Below, piece by piece: positions 13,278-24,143 of a stretch of 64,000 nucleotides of DNA (position 1 is its first letter; each line of letters starts with the position of its first letter). A model generated the notes under the pieces. It ran no database searches. It was not told the DNA's origin and worked only from the letters and a program-made list of their open reading frames with translations. Source of the stretch: Dipteris shenzhenensis (taxonomy: Eukaryota); NCBI GenBank assembly GCA_047967505.1, contig CM106538.1, one strand, 5' to 3'. The position numbers and the translations under genes are program-made.

Positions 13278-15532
13278 CTGTTGCTTCCTCTTCTATTTCC
13301 CAAAACTTTGAAGCGTGTTTTTGTAAATGCTCACGCTGCTCTTCATTGAAGGGTTGAAGCACTTTTTCTCCTGGTATGGTATCAATTTCTTTATCCCCTC
13401 CACCTTCAGGCAATATCGTTGAAATGCTTTTCCTTGCTTACCAGTACACAGGCAATTAAGCCATCCATAGATCTAGTGATAAATATATCTACAGTTTCAA
13501 AATTAAGGCAACCGAAGTGTATTTTATATTGTCCGCATGTCCTATTTAATGCATTCTTCAAACATGATACATGATCCATGGTCAAGAACACCACAAGAAG
13601 GAATTGCACTAGGGGAGAAGCGATTGTCATCAAGCTTTTCAACAAACACTCAAAGCGATCCTCATTCCAATTTCTACTTCTGCTTGGTCCATACATTACA
13701 TCCAAAAAGGAAACCCCTATTGCCATTGGCTCTTGGTACACATTATGTATAAATTCCATTCCCTCCATGTTTGAACTGACTGTGTAGAACCTCCAAGACC
13801 GGGTGGAATTCGGTCCATGACTTGCACCTTCACTTTGTCCCATAATCCACCTCAGATACCCCTTTGCAGCATCAGGCAATGGTGGAGTTTCCTTGCCTTG
13901 TTGAAGCTTCACTTTTAACCATGAGTCAGAGCAACCACAAATCCGATGATACAATTCTGGAGTAATTTTAAAATGTAATCTGCACTCATCCCAATTTTTT
14001 AACATGAAAGAAGGCCGTTCTACCGATATAAACATATAAAGTTCTTCTTGTAGTGCAGCATCTCTCTTGATCTGCATAGCTCATCCTTCAATATCAAGAA
14101 TCATGGCATCAGTCTTTGTTTTAGCTATGACTACTCTACCTTCCTTAATGTCATTTTGAATTTGACCAATTTGATCATCACTCAATCCATGCAAGCATCT
14201 AAACATTGAGACTGTGGGTTGCCTACAGCATTTTCCATCTTGTGAATATTTGCCTGCAATGTAATCCTCAAGGATGGAGATCCAACCATCATAAATGGCA
14301 TTGCTTGTGATTATCATATGTACACCCTTTGTGGCAAAGCTATTGCCCAATGTTACCTTGCCAGTGTCAATGAAAGCCTGCAAAATATATGAATCCATTA
14401 GAATGCAATAATTAAGAAAACTGACTTGTAAAAAATGATTCATAATTAAAATCTGTACTTACATCCCAATTCTCACGATCTGGATGTCCTTTTGCAAGCC
14501 CTTGTTGTGCTTTCTTGGGTCTGTTAAAGAGAATCCATTGTCCCCTCACCTGCTTAAGTATATCAATGTACGGAGATTGTCTCAAGATATTTTGAGACTC
14601 CATGCCATCTTTGATATCTCCACACAAAAGCGTGCAAGACAATTCATGACAATCCTTGCCTGGCAGGTGCGGTAGTAGTGCTTTCTTTGGGCCGTGCTAT
14701 TATCATCATTAGATGTGAATATTTTAGCAGCATATATCGAATGTTGTCCAGATAGTATCCAGTAGTGGCACTTGGTTAAATCCTTTTTATCTACCCTTTC
14801 CAGGGGCTACTTTGTTTCAGAATTAAAAGGCATTAAATCCACTACAGTAGTAGGAGGCCTAGAGTTGTAACCGAAGTCTGCAGCAAGCTTCTCCACATGC
14901 TCTTTGTTCAACCCTCTATATACATAGCTTGGAGGAGCTTTTTGACATCTTGCAACTGGAATTGAAAATGTTGCATGCAACCCGAATGGGTAGTATTTTT
15001 CATATTCCACCAAGCCTGATGGTTTCTTTTGCCCTTTTTTTCCTATGACCTTTCCACTTGGCTCCAATTCACTACCACTGCTTTTTTCCACAACTGCTAG
15101 CATACCCTCTGGAGGTGTTCCTTCTTGTGGTACATCAACTATAGTTAGCTTTCCTTTCTTTGCCCCTTCTCCGCTACCACCTGGTGCTTGAACCATAGTC
15201 GATTTACCTTTCTTTGTTCCTTCCCCACTATCTTCCCCACTCTTATGCTTCTCTAATGTTGCTAAAACTTTGCAATATGATTCAATGATTGTTGTCACTG
15301 TGTTAATTTCATTTCCATCAATTGATTCAACACTTATCCAGCCTCTTGAGTGCATGTTGTCATCTACATCAGACTTCATATGAGATGCTTCATAATTGCT
15401 GGGATCCAAGAGAAACTTCTTATTTTGATTTATAATGATCAACAATCCAATATCTCCCTCTTTTCCAACCACATCTTCAGTGATTTGATGTACCGATCCA
15501 ACACAAGTGTATGCACTTTTATTAGGTAACAA
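13278..15532 (-). pseudogene. Large spliced gene with ParB-like domain and possible DNA MTase-like segment
   Basis: YRGLNKEHVEKLAADF ... HYWILSGQHSIYAAK (about 14725-14770, after an in-frame stop) matches the ParB/DGQHR-type motif; FLDVMYG..W..FLLVVFL in the 13406-14077 ORF; several stops. Confidence 0.55.
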
Positions 15533-15779
15533 AACAAATAAGTGAACTCATGTCAACTGTGTCCCTCAATACTATATATGTCAAAGTACCAAGGTATGCT
15601 TTTTTCTACAAATCCACTTACAACTTTCTCAACCTTCTTCACATTTGTGTCTTTCCTGTAAAAAACCCAAGCAATATACAAAATATCATCTTTATAATCT
15701 TTACTGTACATTATCAATAAACATATCTGAAATAGAATCTAGAATTGACATAGTAGATTTGAGAAAGCACTAGATTCTA

Positions 15780-17085
15780 GGGAGATTTGGCTGCACTAGG
15801 GAGATTTGGCCGTGCGGCCAAATCTTATGGGCTTCTTTTAAAGCACTGGAAGGGGAGGTCTGGATGTGTGGCCAAATCATATGGGCTTCTTTCAAAGCAC
15901 CAAAGTTTGGGGAGATTTGGCCTTGTGGGCTTCTTTCAAAGCACTAGGGTCTGGAGAGATTTGGCTGTGCAACCAAATCTTGCTAGCTTCTTTGAAATCA
16001 ATCAAATCTTTCTAGCTTCTTTTAAATCACTTATGTTTAGGCCAAATCTTGCTAACTTCTTTCTAATCATGAAGGTCTATGGAGATTTGGCCATGCGGCT
16101 AAATCTTTTCAAAGCACGAGGGTTTGGGGAGATTTGTGTGCAGTCAAATCTTGGTAGCTTCTTTCTAATCACAAGGGTCTATGAGATTTGGCCGTGCAAC
16201 CAAATCTTTTCAAAGCACCAGGTTTAGGGAGATTTGGCCGTGCAGCCAAATCTTTTCAAAGCACCAGGTTTAGGAAGATTTGGCCGTGCGGCCAAATCTT
16301 GCTAGCTTCTTTCTAATCACGAGGGTCTATGGAGATTTGGCCGTGCAGCCAAATCTTTTCAAAGCACCAGGGTTTGGGGAGATTTGTGTGCGGTCAAATC
16401 ATGCTAGCTTCTTTGTAATCATAAGGGTCTATGGAGATTTGGCCGTGCAGCCAAATCTTTTCAAAGCACCAGGTTTGGGGAGATTTAGCCATGCAACCAA
16501 ATGTTTTCAAAGCACCAGGTTTGGGGAGATTTGGCCGTGCAGCGAAATCTTTTCAAAGCACCAGGTTTGGGGAGATTTGGCTGTGCAGCCAAATCTTTTC
16601 AAAGCACTAAGGTTTGGGGAGATTTGGCTACGATGCGAAATCTTCCTAGCTTTTTATAAGTCACGAGGGTTTAGGGAGATTTGACTGTGCGGCCAAATCT
16701 TGCTAGCTTCTTTCTAATCACAAGGGTCTAGGGAGATTTGGTTGTGATGCTAAATCTTTCTAGCTTCTTTTAAATCACCTGGGTGTAAGGAGATTTGGCC
16801 ATGTGGCCAAATCTTTCTAGCTTCTTTCTAATCACGAGGGTCGAGGGAGATTTGGCCATGCGGCCAAATCTTTCTATCTTCTTTCTAATCACGAGTGTCG
16901 AGGAAGATTTGGTTGTGTGGCCAAATCTTTTCAAAGCAGCAAGGTTTAGGAAGATTTAGTTGTGATGCCAAATCTCTATAGCTTCTTTGAAATCACCAAG
17001 GTCTAGGGAGATTTGGCTATACGGCCAAATGTTGTATGTTTTGAAAGAAGCCAGAAGATTTGGCTGCATGGCCAAATCTCCCCAT
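15780..17085. repeat. Tandem array (about 25 units of 46-57 bp) with palindromic core AGATTTGGCCGTGCGGCCAAATCT
   Basis: Directly visible, e.g. 16276-16299 and 16848-16871; count approximate. Confidence 0.95.
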
Positions 17086-18759
17086 TTAAAATTTAAAATT
17101 CAAATCTTAAGATTCAAATTTCAAATCTGAAAAATTCAAAATCTTAGATTCAAAATTCAAAATCTTAGATACAGAATTCAAATTTCAAATTTGAAGATAT
17201 GAAAGTTAAATCATATACTAAAGACCCTACTTTCAAATCACACTTCGAGATTCCTACTTTACAAGACTCTTTCTTTCAAATCGTGGTGTTCCGAAATGGA
17301 GAAAATGGAGAACATGCATGAATTAGGTACACTTTCGATTTCTTTCGTTTTCTTACTTGGATGATTGAGTAGCCATTGTTGTTTGTGAGCTTGTGCTCTT
17401 TGGATTTCAAGCAATCATAGGAGCTGAGGGGATTTTGTCCAAAGGGGATTTTGTGAAGAGGGGATTTTGTGAGATTAACTCGGAAAAGGAGAAGCTCCAA
17501 ACTATTGTTGACGACACAGAAGCCTCACTAACAGTCACGCTGGCAAAGAAGAATGGGCCTGCTGAGGGCTGCAAACCTACCACTAAATAACTGTGAAGAA
17601 AACCTGTGCGGAGGAAAAGAGTAGTGCAGGTCTTAACAGAGCGGCGTCGAAACTGTGCTGCGGAGGAAAAGAGTGATGCAGGCAGTGCAGGTCTTAACAG
17701 AGTGGCGCCGAAACTATGCTAGTGTAGGTCCTAATGGAGCAGCACAGAAGAAAAGAGCATGGGGAGGAAGGACGTGGAGGAGGATGAGAACGGCGGAGGA
17801 AAAGAGCACAGTGGAGGAAAAGAGCAAGGGGGAGGGCGTCGAAACTGTGGTACATCGAAATTGTGGTGAAAAGAGCACGACGGAGGAAAAGAGCGTGGGG
17901 GAGGGCGCCGAAACTGTGGTAGCATAGGAGAATGGAGGGACGAGGATGGAAGGATGTGAAGGAGGACGAGGACGATGGTGGAGGAGGAAGGAAGAGAAGG
18001 CAAGAAATCCTCCAAAAATAAGCTTTCGGGGGGAAGAAGCATTCCCCCCAAAAAAAGCATGCTTTGGGGGGAAGGAGTAATCCCCCCAAAAAAATGAAGA
18101 GCAAACCACCAAAAAAAAAAAGAGCTCTTTCTAATCCAACTATTGTGTGTGAAATCTATGGAGAGTTGAATTGGTAATGGAAGTTTAAAACCTACATAGT
18201 TAAGTACACATTGTTAGGACAAAACTGGGATGGGGAGCCTCCCAGGAGCTCTTATTTTGACATAGTTTTGAACTTTTTTGCTTGCAATTAGCTAAGCAAG
18301 GGTGGAGGAGTGTTTTCCAAGAACTACCCCATCTAAGACATTGTCCTAAAGCTCTCAAACCACCCTAGGTACACATTGGAGATCTAGGAAGGGAGAGAAC
18401 AAGGTGAGCCTAGCACTTGATCCCCCATGAAGACGAATTCAATTCCTTCTAATAGGTTTACTTTATATGCTTGGGTTAAAAGGTTTGTTTAGCTTTGCCT
18501 TTTAAAGTTTTGGTTTTTTAATAGTTTTAGATTTTCTAGTTTGCTTTTAAAGTAATAGTATGATTTTAAAGTGTAATAGCGTGAATCATGAAAAGCATGT
18601 ACGATTTTTTTGAAAGTAGGATCTCTACATTTGAATTTCAAAATTTGAAACTTGAAACTTGAAATTTGAATTTTTTATTTTAAATTTTGAATTTTGAATT
18701 TTGAACTTTAAATTTTAAATTTTAAAATCTGGATCTTCAATTTTTAAATTTAACGTTTG

Positions 18760-19525
18760 AAGATTTGTCCATGTGGCCAAATCTTCCTAGTGATTTGAAA
18801 GAAGATTTGGCCATGTGGCCAAATCTTCCTAGTGATTTGAAAGAAGCTAGCAACATTTGGCAGCATGGAAAAATCTTCCCAAACCCTAGTGCTTTGAAAG
18901 ATTTGGCCACACGGCCAAATCTCCCAGAACCTGGTGATTTGAAAGAAGCATGCAAGAGAAGGTTGCATGGCCAAAACTCTCCATACCCTAGTGCTTTAAA
19001 AGAAGCCTACAAGATTTGGCCACACGACCAAATCTCCCCAAGTTTGAAAGAACGCCACAACCAAATCTTCTCAGTGCTTTGAAAGAAGTCATCAAGGTCT
19101 CAAAGAATTTGGCCGTGCATCCAAATCTTGCTAGCTTCTTTGAAAGCACCAAGGTTTGAGTAGATTTGGCCGTGTGGCCAAATCTTATTGCTTCTTTCAA
19201 AGCACTAGTGTCTTAGGAGATTTGGCCATGTGGCCAAATCTTGTTGGCTCGTTTCAAAGCACCAGGGTCTAGGGAGATTTGACCATGTGGCCAAATCTTG
19301 TGGGCTTCTTTCAAAGCACCAAGGTCTAAGTAGATTTGGATGTGTGGATAAATCTTGATGGCTTCTTGAAAGCACCAGCATCTCGGGAGATTTGGTTGTG
19401 TGGACAAATCTTGCTATCTCCCTTTCAAAGCACCATGGTCTGTGAAGATTTGGCCATGTATCCAAATTTTGCTGCCTAAAATTCAAAGCACCAAGGTTTA
19501 GGAAGATTCGTCTTGCAATGAAATC
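18760..19525. repeat. Second array of the same palindromic unit (about 14 units), orientation switching near 19100
   Basis: AGATTTGGCCATGTGGCCAAATCT cores; spacers reversed in 18760-19085 and forward in 19105-19510. Confidence 0.95.
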
Positions 19526-19600
19526 TTGTAAAGCATTTTCATCCTAAGTCATACCATCAGATATCAATATTGAACTATAACAAATGCTATGTACTATGCA

Positions 19601-22600
19601 GGTGCCACATTGAAAGTGGGGGTTAAAGTCAACTTGCTTGTCAGTGGAAAGATTGTTGCCATTGGGACAATATTCTCTACATCACATGATGACATGTGCC
19701 AAGGTGTGCCCTTGAGAGAAAACAATGTATCGGTGGCGATCGATATTTGTATGGATGAAAGTGCACTTCTTCCATTTCCTACAATGGATGCATTCTTCAT
19801 CTATGAGGCTTTGGGTAGTGTTGTTCGTTGGAAAGCACAATCAATGAGTTGTGTGGACAATGTCAATGGAGCTATTGTACCAGTGAATGATATAACATCA
19901 GATACCATTGACGTTGAACCTCTATGTGAATATGATGAGTTTTCCATTCGAGAATCATGGAAGGACAAGAAAGTCTTAATATGGGATGAGCAAAAAACCA
20001 AGAGCATTGCAGAGGGTGTTGTTTTGTATGTCTACCCATTTGAACCTATAAATTTTGAGATGCTTGGTGAAGGTAATCTAGGTGTGGGAATTGAAAAGTA
20101 TCATAGTGATGTATCAAGCATCGATACCATCCACTTAATAAAATGGCCCATTGTACAAATAACCTTTTTAGATGGAACTTCATTAAGAATCAATGACACC
20201 ATGAATTCTTCAAGTGGTTCTGGGAAAAAACACATGGAAGATGAGGACCCAATGGAAAAATCCACAAAAAAGAGGCATTATTGCATGATAAAGAGAAAAG
20301 CTAAAAAACATGGCATGCCATTAGCATCATCTAGACTCACAAGGGATGCAGTCATAAAAGTATCTATGATTGATTGTTGTAAACAAAATTGTTGTCAATT
20401 TGCTGATCGTCAAATGATATCCAAATTACGCATAGAGTATTGGGGTCAAAGTTTGGAGGCTTGCACCAATTATGTATATGACACTCTTGGGATTGCTTGT
20501 CAAAAAGATGACAATGGGCAGTTCAAATATGTCTTTTCATTGAATGGTATTCAAGTTTGTTGTAGAGCATGGTATGAAATGCATGGTATTCCAAAAACAA
20601 CATTTTATCGATATAGGGAGCAATTTGAAATTGGTATACGAAGGTGCATACATGGTAATAAAGGAATCGTGCGGAGAGGTTGGGATCACACAGAACTGGG
20701 TAGAGCCATAATCCAAGATTTTGTTTATAACAATTCTGAGTGTATGCCACACAAAAGTAGAACACTTCAGGATGGATCAAGGGAAACACAGTTGGTGATA
20801 CCGGATGTATACAAGCAGGTTGATATTCTCTATGAAGTTAACATGCAATTAAAGCATAGTTTGGGTTGTAAGGAGATGTCACCTTCCACATTCAACTGCA
20901 TATGGAACTCTAAATTCAAGCATGTAACTTTGTCAAAAACAAGTGAATTCTCTAAGTGTGGTTTATGTAGTGCAATCAAGGCTCAGCTTGCAGTGACAAA
21001 ATGCCAAAATGAACGTAATAAGTTGATGGAAGATAGAAGAAAGCACATGTTACAACAAAAAAGTTGTAGAAATGTGTACTACACTTGGCGCAGATCTTCT
21101 AAATGTATCCTCAGACATACTTGTGCATTATCCATGATAAGATGGACCAAAAGAAGACAGCCATCCCTAGAATACGCAATCGTTCAAAGGACACAGACAA
21201 ATCCTTTCAGCTCCCAGTGGCTTTGACTAGCATGATAACACATGGACATGGTCAAGGATGTTATGGTCACTTTTCTTTATCCTTGTGGCCATCAGATCCT
21301 AACTTCACAATTGGTTCATTGGCTTTGTGTTTGAGAAATCTTGAAAGATTTGATAACCATGCACTTGGAGATTTGGTACATGATGGGATGCCAAGGTCTG
21401 ACAACGCTCTGCTAATCGCACTAACCTCAAGAGAAGCATTGGATTCTCACTATGTTTCTAATGGCAAGCAACAACTTCATCTTAGAGCAGTGGGTGGAAC
21501 ATTCAAAGACCTTGGACTTGGAAGTTCCCATCAAGAAAATCCTTATAAGAAACTACCCGAACACCCATTGTTGCAATTGGATAATTGTGGTTCTGAAAAC
21601 AAGAATAGGTACTTGTTTGCATACCTATCATTACTTGCTGCTCGAGGGATTTTCAAGTCAATTCAATTGGGATTCTTGATGGTTGGGCATACACATGAGG
21701 ATATTGATGTAATGTTTAGCAGGTTTTTAGAGAGGTTAAGAACTAGCCAAACATTGACATTTGCACATCTCATGGATACTTTTAGACAATGTGAGGAGTC
21801 TTCTCCAACGCCATTTTTGGTAATGGAAGTCCCTAATTTCAAGAGCTATGTTGATGGATGCCTATACGATGGGAAAGATTCTTTAGTGGGACACTCAAAG
21901 CCTCTCCAATTTCGGTTCTTTATGCGAAATGAAGTTCCTATCATGCAATATAAAGTGCATCCATGATCATTAGATTGGCAACCAAGTGAAGGTGGCATTG
22001 AGTTGTGGAAGAGACATCCGGATAGTCATCCAATGCTACCAAGTGGAGAGCCACCTTATGTAACCATGTTCAAGTATGTGAAGGATCACTTAGATGTGAT
22101 AGTTGGTATCAAGGAGTATGTACGCTTTTGGGAAAAATGGGCACACTTGCAAGGTCCAGAAGCATCTTTCACAAATTTTTACAAGCCAATAGTGAAGTAC
22201 TGGAAGAGCATGATTGATGAGCTTGATAAACCAAACAATAGCGTAGAGGGCATGTACGAGAGATTTTGGCCAAAGACGCAACATATTGATTGTGTGCAAG
22301 TAGTTGATAATGAAAACGATGAGTTTCAAGGAATTGAAGAGTTGAATGATCATTACTGTGGACCTCAAAGGAAAAAGCCAAAACAATCATTTGATCCAAT
22401 GGTTGATGTACAAAAAGGACACTTTCTTTTGGTCCGACCAGCAGAAAAAATTTACCCAATTTGGCTAGGCATTGCTCAAACTGATGTACAGAAAGATAAT
22501 AAATCTAAAATTTTCAAGAAGGTTTTCATACAATATTGGGCACCTATATGCAAAAGACACAATGCACAAATTGAGGAGGTGTATGCAGATTGTTGGAACG

Positions 22601-22750
22601 TGCAATAAAGGTGATCCTCCACATTGGGAATCTGTTGATGCTATTGTATGGTTATGGGTTCCAAAATGTAACCTCTCAAAGAAGGTCTCCTCGAAGAGCA
22701 ACAACCTCAATCTCCACAATGGAGTGAAGGTACTTGAAAAGCATGACTTT
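19601..22750 (+). pseudogene. DDE transposase (Sola-like/DUF7869-type) with two N-terminal En/Spm-accessory-like domains
   Basis: IHDKMDQKK, LQLDNCGSENKNRYLFAYL, FLMVGHTHEDID..FS; Cys motifs CCKQNCC, VCCRAW, FSKCGLC; N-terminal VAIGTI..GVPL..V.V..LPFP..ALG..VRW; frameshift near 21100, in-frame TGA 21964-21966; acceptor TATGCAG near 19600. Confidence 0.75.
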
Positions 22751-24143
22751 TTTTTCCTTGCACAACAATAATTTAATTGAATACTGACAAATATTTGGAA
22801 GGTATGACATTGATCTTTTTTCTTTATCTTTTTTTTTGCAGACCATTGCTTTGTGGTTGCAAGTTCTGCACACTCGACAAAATATCAAGGACTAGTGTTG
22901 CATTCTTACTTTTTCTCCAACTAAACTAAAATGGTGATTTTAACCACCACCTTTTTTCGAGAAGAGGCAAAAAATGTTTCGTTAAACTCAAACATATGAT
23001 GTTTTTTTCTCAGCTAATGCAGAACAGGCACACTCCAAATTGTGAGTTTCATATACATGGCCAAATCCAGGGAGAAAGTCAATGGAGTGCACTCAATGCA
23101 TTGCAATTGTAACCCCTCAAAAAATACCATGCATTGGTCGAAACCTCAACATTTGACATTTTATTTATGTTGATGCAAACCATGCACATTTGCGAGATTT
23201 GGATAAACTACCAAATCTATGGGAAAACTCAATGAAAAACATTGAATGTTACATAATTACAACCCCTCAAAAGTTGCCAAATTATCAGGATTTTCCCAAA
23301 TTCTCTAATGTGGTGTTGTTCTCTGTTCGGCCCACAGCCATTCGGCATCATTTGGGGTCCAAACGGGCCCCGCAACCTGAGAGTGGGCTACCCTAGGAAA
23401 TGCTCCATCTACCCTTAGTGCAGTCAGTCATGGGATGCCTTCCCACACTTGCATGTAGCCTAGTTGGCAGTATGCCAACTCTATCTGAAGCCGTTCAGCC
23501 ATCAGGCCACACATGACCCCCATCTGGTGTCCAAACCATGACCTACTGGATAAGTTAGCTACTTAAATGCCTTCTCCTCATATGGGGGGCTTACAAGTAG
23601 AGTTAGCTGGTTCCCACGTAGTTACATGAGAGTGGAGCATTGATATCTAACACCCCCCCTCAATGTCCACCCGCAAGTGAACTTACTTTTTCGGTCCAAT
23701 GCCAAGTCGATGAAGATGCCACTCTAGCAAGTCTCTTCCAAGAGCCTTCGTGAAGATGTCCGTAGCATTCTCTGTGGTCAGACAGTATACCAAATTGACC
23801 TCTCCATCCATGATGAGCTCGCGTACAAAGTGATGAGAGTGCTCTCAACGGAAGCAAGAATGGAAGAAGGAGAGAGAGAGACAGAGAGACAGAGAGCCAC
23901 ACAAGTTTTGGTGGGTGCAGAACCACCCTAATCTTCTTTTTCATTCATTTATATATGTGTTTGAGTATTGTACATAACCGGGGTTAAGGCACAGTGACCT
24001 TTAACCCCCACAACCTCCCACTTAAAGGACAATGTGCCTTTAAGGGAGAATAACTCGTGAGCATACTATCCAATGCCCATCAATATACGACAATACTCAA
24101 ACCGCTGACTAGGTAGACTCTTCGTCAGCATATCTGCAGGGTT

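Larger units (their letters stand above)
9705..23317. mobile_element. 13.6-kb TIR DNA transposon with Sola/DUF7869-like transposase and SET, FCP1-like and ParB-like cargo
   Basis: TIRs 9705-9734 and 23288-23317 (28/30 identical). GTTC at 9701-9704 and 23318-23321. The rejoined flanks align without gaps to the uninterrupted LTR at about 56230-56260. Confidence 0.9.

Noticed and set aside
15787-19486. Short ORFs in the repeat arrays and purine-rich core
   Set aside because: Translations of tandem or low-complexity repeats.
15780-19525. CRISPR array
   Set aside because: The inter-palindrome segments are themselves repeated rather than unique spacers; no cas genes; eukaryotic context.
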